Shown here: in pieces, positions 20,356-29,452 of the stretch | Layout of the letters: every line of letters starts with the position of its first letter | Position numbering within the stretch: position 1 is the stretch's first letter | Assembly: GCA_051748045.1 (NCBI GenBank) | Contig: JBNJGY010000001.1 | Location: forward strand, 96,001-160,000 | From: Thermotogota bacterium | Lineage (GTDB): Bacteria; Thermotogota; Thermotogae; Petrotogales; Petrotogaceae | Direction of reading: 5' to 3' | Length of the DNA: 64,000 nt | Notes under the pieces: model-generated | What the model was told of the DNA's origin: nothing | The model's input: the letters and a program-made list of their open reading frames with translations, nothing else | The model's database searches: none | Translations under genes and position numbers: made by a program

Positions 20356-22116
20356 TTATTGTTCTTTCCAAACTCCCCAAGATCTATGTAAAGTTCCTAC
20401 AAATGGTCTTGGTGTATCAATCATTAAATGTAAATCATCTTGAACTGCTACTAATATATTTTGTGCAAATGTATAAATTAGTGGTTGATGTTCAGCTAAA
20501 TTATTATTCCATTCTGTGAATAATTCTGTCAATTTCTCATCATCAAGAGTTGCTTTTTGTGTTCTGAAAATTTCGTCATTTCTTTTTTCAAATTCTGGTA
20601 AATAATAATCTTCTTCATCTAATAAACCAGGATTATTTTGAGCTAAATATTCAGGTGAATAATTCCAGAAATGTAATCCACCATTTAACTGCCATGTGTT
20701 CCATCCGTCATTAGGATCTGGTGTGTCTCCTGTTAATCTTATTATAACTGATTGATAATTAGCTGCCATCAAATCAGAAACTAGAGTATTAAATTGAATA
20801 GGTCTAAAATTAACTTTAATTCCTAATTTACTTAGAGAATCAGATAAAATATTACCTATTTCAACCCAAACAGTTGTTGAAACATTTGTAGTTAGTTCAA
20901 ATTCAACAGGGTTTCCTTCTGGACCTATTAAGTTACCTTCTGAATCCCAAGTAAATCCACCTTGTTGTAATTCTCTTCTTGCTCTAGCTAATGAATATCT
21001 ATAACCTAATGAATCTATAAATTCTTTATCGTAATATTTCATTCCTTCTGTTTGGTCTGTATAAACTGCGGAACCTAAACCATTTAATTGGTTATCTACA
21101 ATTGTTTCTCTATCTAATGCGTAAGATACAGCTCTTCTAAAGTTAACATTTCTAAACCACACTCTTTGTTCTTCAACAGGTGAGTTCCAATTAAATGCAA
21201 CAAAACTTGGACCTGGAACTAAGTCTCCAACCATTGTTGTATAAGAAGAAGTAGATTCTTTTTCTTTCATAGAAACATAATTAGAAGCTGATAATGCTAA
21301 AATATCTAATTCTCCTGATTGGAACTTAAGAACTTCTGTTTCGTTGTTTTGAACTATTTGATAAACAATTTTGTCTAAGTATGGTAATTGTACTCCATCT
21401 TTTGATTTTGCATAAAAATGAGGATTTCTTTCTAAATCTACTCTAATACCTTCTCTATAATCAGCAATAACAAAAGGTCCAGTACCAACTATATCATCTA
21501 ATTGTTCTATTGTCCATGTTTGTGCAAAAGCTTGAGGATCATCAGCAACATCTTCAAATTTGTGTTTAGGAATAATTGTTGTAAATCCTATAGTTGATAC
21601 AGCTGTTCTTAGTTGAGAATCTTCATAAGTGAACTTTATTGTGTTATCTTCAATTACTTCAAGTGTAGGAAGATTATCATTGTCGTCTTTATATGTATCA
21701 TTACCATTTGCTGTCATCTCAGCTACTAAAGCAACTTTTTCAAATGTGAATACAACATCTTCCACAGTCAAAGGAGTTCCATCTGACCATTTAACACCTT
21801 TTCTTAGTTTGAAATATATTTCCATTCCACCATTATCTGTAGTTTCTGTCCAATATTCGCTTGCTAATCTTGGTTCTGTAATGAATCCATAATCATCTTG
21901 ACCTAATAAAGCACCCATGTACCAATCCATTATGTCGGTAGATGATGTTTCTTGAGCCCAATAAGGGTTTAATGTTTTTGGTCCTGATGTTTCTGATAAA
22001 TAAAGAGTTCCCCCTCTTTGACCGCCTTCAACGTCAGCGACCATCCATTCAACTTCTTCAGCGAAAACGAATAAAGTTGAAACTAAAACTAGTAGTAAAA
22101 CAAACAGTTTTCTCAT
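20356..22116 (-). CDS. ABC transporter solute-binding protein, family 5, copy 2
   Basis: Signal peptide; LRKGVKWSDG.P.TVEDVVFT, GTGPF, LPYLD. Confidence 0.93.
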   Translation of the reverse strand: MRKLFVLLLVLVSTLFVFAEEVEWMVADVEGGQRGGTLYLSETSGPKTLNPYWAQETSSTDIMDWYMGALLGQDDYGFITEPRLASEYWTETTDNGGMEIYFKLRKGVKWSDGTPLTVEDVVFTFEKVALVAEMTANGNDTYKDDNDNLPTLEVIEDNTIKFTYEDSQLRTAVSTIGFTTIIPKHKFEDVADDPQAFAQTWTIEQLDDIVGTGPFVIADYREGIRVDLERNPHFYAKSKDGVQLPYLDKIVYQIVQNNETEVLKFQSGELDILALSASNYVSMKEKESTSSYTTMVGDLVPGPSFVAFNWNSPVEEQRVWFRNVNFRRAVSYALDRETIVDNQLNGLGSAVYTDQTEGMKYYDKEFIDSLGYRYSLARARRELQQGGFTWDSEGNLIGPEGNPVEFELTTNVSTTVWVEIGNILSDSLSKLGIKVNFRPIQFNTLVSDLMAANYQSVIIRLTGDTPDPNDGWNTWQLNGGLHFWNYSPEYLAQNNPGLLDEEDYYLPEFEKRNDEIFRTQKATLDDEKLTELFTEWNNNLAEHQPLIYTFAQNILVAVQDDLHLMIDTPRPFVGTLHRSWGVWKEQ

Positions 22117-22138
22117 AAAATCCCTCCTATAAATATTA

Positions 22139-22160
22139 TCCTCAACCCACTGAGTAATAT
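22139..22160 (-). repeat. 22-bp leader sequence identical to 20268-20289
   Basis: Direct comparison of the two upstream regions. Confidence 0.9.
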
Positions 22161-22193
22161 ATTATAGATTTGTATTAATTTTAAAGCTTACAA

Positions 22194-23870
22194 TTAATGA
22201 CCTAATGATCTTGGATCTAATGCATCCCTAATTGCATCACCGAACAAGTTATAGGAAATAACTGTAACGAATATAAATAAACCTGGTAACAATAACCATG
22301 GATAATTAGTTAAAGCTTCAATGTTTTGAGCCTGAGAAAGCATAAGTCCCCAAGAAGCGGAAGGCTCTGTAATACCAATTCCCAAGAAACTCAATCCTGC
22401 TTCACCTAGAATATATTGTGGAACTTGTAGAGTAGCAGAAACAATAACATAAGTTGCTGTATTTGGTAATAAATGTTTTCTTATAACTCTACTTGGTGGA
22501 TAACCCATAGCAATTGCTGCTTCAACAAATTCAGATTGTTTGAGTCCTAAAGTCATTCCTCTTATAACCCTTGTCATACCTGGCCATCCAATAAACGAAA
22601 GTATGACGATGATAAACAGATATCGTAGCGCTGGACTAATACCCGAAGGCAGAACAGCTGCTAAAGAAATAATCAAATAGAATCCTGGTATGGACATAAG
22701 AATTTCAGTAATTCTCATTAAGATTTCATCAGTCCAACCACCATAGTATCCTGCTACACCACCAAGGAATAAACCTATAGTGAAAGTAATAGCTATACCA
22801 ATAAGACCTATTGTCAAAGATATTCTTGAACCATATAATATTCTACTAAACATATCTCTTCCATATTTATCAGCCCCCCATGGATAGTAGATACCATCAT
22901 CTGAAGTATGGTCACTGTATTCTGGAAGCATACTTTTTTCAACACCAAATAAATGTATATCAGATGGTATAAAACCTAAAAGATCGTACTCCCAAGATTT
23001 TACAAACCATTCTAAATCATATCTTTTAAAACTAACTGCTTCTAAATCTTCTGGAAAGATTTCTAAAGGAAATACATTAAAATCATCAAATATTACTTCA
23101 ACATAATCTAAACTTCTGTAATGTGCTACTTCTAATATTTCTTTGCCTTCTAAAAGAGGGCCATATTTAAAATGTTCTTTATATTCTTCCAATGCATAAT
23201 CTCTTTCATCAGTTCTTACTCTAACTTCTCCACCAGAGATTAAATTTGAAAAATTAGAAGAGTACATTCCATCAATCATTTCAGGGTTGGAACTTATATT
23301 ATCTCCTTGAAAATAAAATAAAGGAATTAAACTTCTTGGTGCCTGTCTTGAAGAATCTAATTCTATCCATTCTCCATCTGTAGTTCGAGCTCTTATAACT
23401 TCATTAAATACATATTGTACATTTGATACAGTTGCTTCATATGTATCGTTATATTGACCCAATTCAAGAGTTTCAGTAACATCTTCAAAAGCGTCGTAAA
23501 CTCTAAATTTATTGAAATGAGTAGCTTCTACAAATTCACCTTTTCTTGTTATTGGATCTCTAGTCAAATCATATAAATATACATGTCTTTTTACTTTTTC
23601 ACCTGTTATTTGATCAGTGGTGAATGTATCCATAGGCTGTAAATATCTATACTTTATGTGATTGTTATATGGATCCATTGGTGAAAAAAAGTCTGCAAAT
23701 ATTGCTAACAAATATAATACTATTAATATAAACATAGCAGTAAGTCCTAGTTTATGTCTTTTTAATATTCTCCAAACCAATTGAGGCATGGAGAGAAATT
23801 CGTTTTCAAAAATTTCTTCATTTGACTTATTCTCTATGTTCTTAGATTGTTCTTTCTTTTTCTTTGCCAT
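22194..23870 (-). CDS. ABC permease, OppC/DppC-like, with large extracytoplasmic insertion
   Basis: GADKYGRDMFSRILYGSRISL, EFVEAAIAMG, NLFGDAIRDALDPR. Confidence 0.93.
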   Translation of the reverse strand: MAKKKKEQSKNIENKSNEEIFENEFLSMPQLVWRILKRHKLGLTAMFILIVLYLLAIFADFFSPMDPYNNHIKYRYLQPMDTFTTDQITGEKVKRHVYLYDLTRDPITRKGEFVEATHFNKFRVYDAFEDVTETLELGQYNDTYEATVSNVQYVFNEVIRARTTDGEWIELDSSRQAPRSLIPLFYFQGDNISSNPEMIDGMYSSNFSNLISGGEVRVRTDERDYALEEYKEHFKYGPLLEGKEILEVAHYRSLDYVEVIFDDFNVFPLEIFPEDLEAVSFKRYDLEWFVKSWEYDLLGFIPSDIHLFGVEKSMLPEYSDHTSDDGIYYPWGADKYGRDMFSRILYGSRISLTIGLIGIAITFTIGLFLGGVAGYYGGWTDEILMRITEILMSIPGFYLIISLAAVLPSGISPALRYLFIIVILSFIGWPGMTRVIRGMTLGLKQSEFVEAAIAMGYPPSRVIRKHLLPNTATYVIVSATLQVPQYILGEAGLSFLGIGITEPSASWGLMLSQAQNIEALTNYPWLLLPGLFIFVTVISYNLFGDAIRDALDPRSLGH

Positions 23871-23885
23871 AAATTTATCCCTCCA

Positions 23886-24857
23886 TTAGCCTAATCTTAG
23901 TCTTACTCTTGGATCAACTGCTGCTAATAAAATATCAGCAATTAAATTACCTACAATTAATAATAAAGCACTAAGCATCAAATTCGCCATAACCAAAAAT
24001 ATGTCCTGTTGTTCTAATGCTTCAATAATCAAACTTCCCATACCAGGCCATGAAAATACTCTTTCGGTTAAAACTGCTCCTCCGAGCAAAGTAGCAATAT
24101 TAAAACCTAAGGCTGTAACAACTGGATTTATGGCATTTCTCATAGCATGCTTATAAGTTACTATTTTACTAGGCATACCTTTCGCTCTAGCAAATTCCAC
24201 GTAATCTTTATTAAGTTCATCTAGCAATTGTCCTCTCATAACCCTCATAGTACCAGCTAGTCCAGCAGTACCTAGAGTTACCATCGGACCAATAACATGC
24301 CAAAAATAATCAACCATTTGTTGGAACCAATTCATATCATCAAATCCTAAAGAAATTATTCCCCCTATTGGGAATAGTCCCGTAGCGGCGGCCATAAATA
24401 GCCATAACAAAGCAAAGAAAAAATTTGGAATAGAAATTCCAATAAAACCAAATGTTGATAATGCTTGGTCTGTAAATGTGTACTGTTTAAGTGCACCAAC
24501 AATACCCAGCGGGATACCTATCCCCCAGGTAAAAATGAATGTCGTTATACTCAGAAGTAAAGTTGCTTCTAATCTTCTAAAAAGAATATTCCAAACAGGG
24601 ACTTTATAAGTGAATGAGAATCCCCAATCTCCTTGTACAATATTTCCTAACCAAATGAAATATTGAGTAACAGGATCTTTATCTAAGCCAAACTGAGTCT
24701 CCAAAGTATCTATTTGTTCTTTTGAGATACTAGGATTTAATCTGTACTGATCCAAGAAATCCCCAGGTGCTGCTTGAATAACAAAAAAAGCAACAATTGA
24801 AACCCCAATCAATACAGGGATTGCCATAATCAGCCTTCTGATAATGTACTTAAGCAA
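23886..24857 (-). CDS. ABC permease, OppB/DppB-like
   Basis: YIIRRL, PGD, GLDKD, DYVEFARAKG, E.VFSWPGMG, DPRVR. Confidence 0.95.
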   Translation of the reverse strand: MLKYIIRRLIMAIPVLIGVSIVAFFVIQAAPGDFLDQYRLNPSISKEQIDTLETQFGLDKDPVTQYFIWLGNIVQGDWGFSFTYKVPVWNILFRRLEATLLLSITTFIFTWGIGIPLGIVGALKQYTFTDQALSTFGFIGISIPNFFFALLWLFMAAATGLFPIGGIISLGFDDMNWFQQMVDYFWHVIGPMVTLGTAGLAGTMRVMRGQLLDELNKDYVEFARAKGMPSKIVTYKHAMRNAINPVVTALGFNIATLLGGAVLTERVFSWPGMGSLIIEALEQQDIFLVMANLMLSALLLIVGNLIADILLAAVDPRVRLRLG

Positions 24858-24882
24858 GATGAGCTACCTCCTTTTGTTAATT

Positions 24883-24909
24883 AAAAGGGCAGGAAAAAGC
24901 TTCCCGCCC
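24883..24909 (-). terminator. Hairpin (terminator or mRNA stabiliser) between SBP copy 3 and the permeases
   Basis: Minus strand GGGCGGGAA-GCTTT-TTCCTGCCC-TTTT. Confidence 0.7.
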
Positions 24910-24932
24910 TCCCTTTTATCTAATTATTTAAA

Positions 24933-26666
24933 TTATTGTTCTTTCCAAAGTCCCCATGGTCTCCAGAGTACTCCTGCTAGAGGATTTGGAGAAGGGTTAT
25001 AAATATGTAATTCTTCTACATGAGCAAATAATACATTTTGAGAAACTGTGTAAACAACTATTTGATTTTCAGCAACTAACATTTGCCATTCGTCCCATAA
25101 TGATTGTAATTTTTCTTCATCGAAAATTGATTTATTGGTTCTCATTATTTCGTCTATTCTTCTTTCTGCATCTGATGCCCAATATTCATCTGGGTCTACC
25201 CAATCTTGTACTTCTGGGTGCCAGTTCCAGAAATGAAGTCCACCATCAAGTGCCCAAACATTTGAACCCCATGCTGGGTCGTCTCCACCTGATAAACCAA
25301 GAATTATTGCGTCCCAATCAGCTGAATAAAGTTGTCCAACTAAAGTGTTAAATTGAACTGGTCTAAATTCAACATTAATTCCTAATTTTGATAATGAGTC
25401 AACTAAAATATTTCCTATTTCTTCTCTTGTGTTATTTCCTGAGTTTGTGCTTAAAGAAAATTCAACTACATTACCGTCTGAATCTATTAATTGTCCTGCA
25501 TTGTTCCAGTCAAATCCACCTTGTTGTAATTTTCTTCTAGCCATAGCTAAAGAATATCTGTAACCAAGGTCTTCCATTTCTGGATTATAGAATGCAGATG
25601 ATCTTGATCTTGGTCCGTACATTGGTTCTCCAAGTCCATTCATCAATGTATCTATAACTGATTGTTTATCAAAAGCATAAGCAACAGCTTGTCTAAAGTT
25701 AGTATTTCTGAACCATTCTCTATGAATTGGATCTACTGCATTATGGTTGAAAGCAATAAATTGAGAATTGTTTGATGGTCCACCTATAATTGTTTCCCAA
25801 TTTTTTTCAGAAGCTTGCGCTCTAATTGAAGGGAAATTTTCAGCTGTAGGTGCAAAAACATCAATTTCTCCTGCTTCGAATTTAAGTCTTTCAGTGTTTA
25901 AATCTTGAACGATTTGATAAATAATTTTATCTAAGTATGGTAATTGTACTCCATCTGCTGATTTTGCATAGTAATAAGGGTTTCTTTCTAATACTACTCT
26001 TACACCTTCTACATAATCAGTAACAACGAAAGCACCTAAACCAATAACGTCATCAATTTGTTCTACTGTCCATGTTTGTGCAAATGTATCTGGGTCTGAA
26101 ACTTTGTCTTCAAATTTGTGTTTTGGGAAAACTGCAATATTTCCACCCAAAGCATTAAATCCAAATCTGAATTTTGTTGGATAAACAAAAGTAAGATGAT
26201 TACCTTCTACTATTAATTCAGGTAAGTTTCCTTGTTCATCTTGATATACATCATTACCATCAGCTAGCATACCATCAGGAACAATTATTTTTTCCCATGT
26301 GAATACGATATCATCAATAGTGAATGGTGTACCATCTGACCAAGTTAATCCTTCTCTTACTATGAAATGATAAGCTGTTCCACCGTCTTCTGTTTGTTCC
26401 ATCCAGAATTCTTTTGCTAATCCTGGGTCTGCCCATTGAGCTCTGTTGTTAGTGTGTAATAATGTGTCTCTAAAATAATCTGTGATATCTGTTGATGATG
26501 TTTCCTGAGCCCAATATTCGTTCAAAGTTTTAGGACCTGAAGTTGTACTTAAATATAAAGTACCTCCTTTTTGTCCACCTTCTACATCTTCAATTAGCCA
26601 TTCTGGTTCTGCAAATACGAATAAAGATGTTAATAAAACAAGCGTAAATACCAAAAGCTTTTTCAT
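24933..26666 (-). CDS. ABC transporter solute-binding protein, family 5, copy 3
   Basis: Signal peptide; REGLTWSDG.PFTIDDIVFT, LPYLD; paralogous to copies 1 and 2. Confidence 0.93.
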   Translation of the reverse strand: MKKLLVFTLVLLTSLFVFAEPEWLIEDVEGGQKGGTLYLSTTSGPKTLNEYWAQETSSTDITDYFRDTLLHTNNRAQWADPGLAKEFWMEQTEDGGTAYHFIVREGLTWSDGTPFTIDDIVFTWEKIIVPDGMLADGNDVYQDEQGNLPELIVEGNHLTFVYPTKFRFGFNALGGNIAVFPKHKFEDKVSDPDTFAQTWTVEQIDDVIGLGAFVVTDYVEGVRVVLERNPYYYAKSADGVQLPYLDKIIYQIVQDLNTERLKFEAGEIDVFAPTAENFPSIRAQASEKNWETIIGGPSNNSQFIAFNHNAVDPIHREWFRNTNFRQAVAYAFDKQSVIDTLMNGLGEPMYGPRSRSSAFYNPEMEDLGYRYSLAMARRKLQQGGFDWNNAGQLIDSDGNVVEFSLSTNSGNNTREEIGNILVDSLSKLGINVEFRPVQFNTLVGQLYSADWDAIILGLSGGDDPAWGSNVWALDGGLHFWNWHPEVQDWVDPDEYWASDAERRIDEIMRTNKSIFDEEKLQSLWDEWQMLVAENQIVVYTVSQNVLFAHVEELHIYNPSPNPLAGVLWRPWGLWKEQ

Positions 26667-26774
26667 AAAAAAGCCCTCCCCTCTGAGTAAGTTTCAAAAA
26701 TTTGATATAACTGACATTCCCTAATATTATTTTTAAACATTTTTTGATTATTTATAATTCCCTAATATTATAAA

Positions 26775-27956
26775 TTAATCACCTTTAACAATTTCATTTT
26801 CTTTGTGTAGGTAGCAAGCTACAAAATGTTTGTCATTTATTGAATAATATGGAGGATATTTTTGCTTACATTCATCCATTGCAAACTTACATCTCGGATT
26901 AAAAAAACATCCTTTTGGTCTATTCATTGGACTAGGTACTTGACCTGAAATGATAAACTGTTTTCTGTCTCTTCTTTTATTTGGATCTGGTACAGGAGCA
27001 GCATTAAGTAAAGCTTGAGCATATGGATGTTCTGGTTTATCAAAAACTTCATCTCCAACACCATATTCAACCATTCTACCTAAATACATTACTCCTACAT
27101 AATTTGAAATATATCTTACAACACCCAAATCATGGGAAATAAATAAATATCCTGCATTTAACTTATCTTGTAAGTCTTTTAATAATTTTATAATTTGAGC
27201 TTGAACTGAAACATCTAAAGCACTAGTTGGTTCATCCAGAATAATTAAATTTGGATCTAATACAATAGATCTTGCAACTGCAACCCTTTGTCGTTGTCCA
27301 CCAGAGAATTGGTGTGGATATCTATCTGCATGATAAGCTTTTAAACCAACAGTCCTTAACATGTCAAGTATTCTTTCTTTTGCTTGTAATTTGTTTTTAA
27401 CAACTCCATGGAAAAGTAAAGGTTCCATCAATGCTTGCCCAACTGTCATTCTAGGATTCAATGATGATGTTGGATCTTGGAAAACAATTTGAACATTTCT
27501 TCTGAAGTTCATTCTTTTCTTTTTAATATCTTTCATCATATAATCGTAGAACTTAGATTCTCCGTTGTCAAAGTAGTATTTATAGTATTGATTTTCATGT
27601 TTTTCTGTATTAGCAATTACTCCATCTACTGATTTGTATTTTTTCTTAAGTTCTTCAGCTTTTTGAACATATTCTCTTTTTAAGAAATCTATTGCCTCTC
27701 TTTTTTTCATGAATAGATGTGATGTTTCTTTGTCATCTATCATTATTTTACCTGCTGATGGGTCATGAAGTCTAAGAATTGTTTTACCAATTGTAGTTTT
27801 ACCACAACCTGATTCTCCAACTAATCCGTAAGTTTCTCCTCTTTCAAGATGAAGACTTACATCATCAACAGCTTTTACATGACCTACTGTTTTTTCTATA
27901 ACAAAACCGTGCTTAACGGGAAAGTATTTTTTTAAGTTCTTAACTCTTAATAACAT
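26775..27956 (-). CDS. ABC ATP-binding protein, OppF/DppF-like, with internal insertion
   Basis: GESGCGKT, FQDP, FSGGQRQR, ILDEPTSALD, C-terminal Cys cluster. Confidence 0.95.
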   Translation of the reverse strand: MLLRVKNLKKYFPVKHGFVIEKTVGHVKAVDDVSLHLERGETYGLVGESGCGKTTIGKTILRLHDPSAGKIMIDDKETSHLFMKKREAIDFLKREYVQKAEELKKKYKSVDGVIANTEKHENQYYKYYFDNGESKFYDYMMKDIKKKRMNFRRNVQIVFQDPTSSLNPRMTVGQALMEPLLFHGVVKNKLQAKERILDMLRTVGLKAYHADRYPHQFSGGQRQRVAVARSIVLDPNLIILDEPTSALDVSVQAQIIKLLKDLQDKLNAGYLFISHDLGVVRYISNYVGVMYLGRMVEYGVGDEVFDKPEHPYAQALLNAAPVPDPNKRRDRKQFIISGQVPSPMNRPKGCFFNPRCKFAMDECKQKYPPYYSINDKHFVACYLHKENEIVKGD

Positions 27957-29020
27957 TATTTATCCTCCTCCGTTTTTGCAACTTTGTCTCCATCGCTTAC
28001 TTTATCAGTATTATAAGGATTGAAACATCTTAATAAATGTCCTTTTTCTACTTCCACCAATTCAGGCCATTCTTCTCTACATCTATCTGTGGCCCTAGGA
28101 CATCTTGGTAAAAATGGACATAAAGCAGGAGGATTTAACATAATTGGTGGCTGACCTTTAATAGGGTTTAATTCATCTTTTTTGATATCATGCCTTGGAA
28201 TACAAGATAACAGAGCATGTGTATAAGGATGCATAGGTCTATCAAAGATAGTATATACATCAGCCATTTCCATTTGGTTCCCACCATACATAACTAAAAC
28301 TTTGTCAGCAATTTCAGCCACAACTGATAAATCATGTGTGATATAAACCATTGCTGTGTTAAATTCATTCTGTAGATCTTTCATCAACTCAAGAATTTGC
28401 GCTTGAATTGTAACGTCCAAAGCAGTTGTAGGTTCATCAGCAATTAATACTTCCGGATTACAAGATAGACTGATAGCTATAATGATTCTCTGTCTTTGTC
28501 CTCCAGAGAACTGAAATGGATAATCATCCAGTCTTTCTTCAGCATTTGGCAAACCAACTGTAGTGAGCAAATCAATTGCTCTTTTTCTTGCTTCCTCAAT
28601 AGTGACATCTTGATGATAAACTATAGTTTCTATCATCTGGTCTGCTACTGTGTACATTGGATTTAAAGAAGCCATTGGATCTTGGAATACCATTCCAATA
28701 TGCTTACCTCTTATCCTTGTAAAAGCTTTATTATTTAATTTTGCCAAATTCACATATTCTTTCTCTCCGTTTTTTGAAAATTCGTCGGTTTTGAAAAGAA
28801 TTTGTGTGCCTTCTGCTAAGTAACCAGGTTTCTTAATCATACCCATTACGGATTTCATTGTTACTGATTTACCCGAACCCGTTTCTCCAACTACCCCTAG
28901 TGCTTCATTCATGTTGAGCTCAAAAGAAACTCCGTTAACAGCTTTAACTTTTCCTTCAGCTATGTCGAAGTAAGTTTTAAGATCTTTCACAATCAAAACT
29001 GGTTCGTTCAATATTCTCAC
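27956..29020 (-). CDS. ABC ATP-binding protein, OppD/DppD-like
   Basis: GETGSGKS, FQDP, FSGGQRQR, IADEPTTALD; real start probably TTG 29011. Confidence 0.95.
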   Translation of the reverse strand: MRILNEPVLIVKDLKTYFDIAEGKVKAVNGVSFELNMNEALGVVGETGSGKSVTMKSVMGMIKKPGYLAEGTQILFKTDEFSKNGEKEYVNLAKLNNKAFTRIRGKHIGMVFQDPMASLNPMYTVADQMIETIVYHQDVTIEEARKRAIDLLTTVGLPNAEERLDDYPFQFSGGQRQRIIIAISLSCNPEVLIADEPTTALDVTIQAQILELMKDLQNEFNTAMVYITHDLSVVAEIADKVLVMYGGNQMEMADVYTIFDRPMHPYTHALLSCIPRHDIKKDELNPIKGQPPIMLNPPALCPFLPRCPRATDRCREEWPELVEVEKGHLLRCFNPYNTDKVSDGDKVAKTEEDK

Positions 29021-29048
29021 CCCAATGTATTAAATTCATCTAAGATAT

Positions 29049-29078
29049 ATTATAATAAATATGAAGATTAAATGTCAA
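29049..29078 (-). promoter_or_regulatory. Sigma70-type promoter of the ABC transporter operon
   Basis: Minus strand TTGACA (29078-29073), 18 nt spacer, TATAAT (29054-29049). Confidence 0.7.
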
Positions 29079-29206
29079 GTGTTAAATTTTTTGTTAAACT
29101 TGAATATAACTCATAGCCCTTGAATAATTAGATTTATTGAAAAATATTTCAATATTTTAAAATATTTTCTTTTTTAAGAAATTAATTTCATAAAGGAGGC
29201 TTTATA

Positions 29207-29440
29207 ATGCGTTTAGACAAGTTTTTAAAGAAAAATAGAATAATTAAAAGAAGGGTGGTTGCTCATGATTTATGTGTAAATGGTAAAGTATTAAAAGATA
29301 ACAGAGAATTAAAACCTGGTTACGACATTAAAGATGGAGATAGAATATTAATTGACTTTGGAAAAAAATTATTGGAAATAGAAGCTTTAGAAAATGACGA
29401 TTTCAAAATAGTTAAAGAAGAATTCAAAGAAGGGGAATAA
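29207..29440 (+). CDS. S4-domain RNA-binding protein (YabO/RqcP-like)
   Basis: MRLDKFLK..RIIKRR..A...C..G.V......KPG..IK.GD. Confidence 0.88.
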   Translation: MRLDKFLKKNRIIKRRVVAHDLCVNGKVLKDNRELKPGYDIKDGDRILIDFGKKLLEIEALENDDFKIVKEEFKEGE

Positions 29441-29452
29441 CCCCTTCTTTTT
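29426..29452. terminator. Bidirectional intrinsic terminator
   Basis: AAAGAAGGGG-AATAA-CCCCTTCTTT between convergent genes. Confidence 0.8.

Noticed and set aside
20251-22166. Repeated 22-bp sequence as a CRISPR repeat or IS end
   Set aside because: Only two copies, about 1.9 kb apart, each in the leader of a paralogous gene; no spacers, cas genes or transposase.
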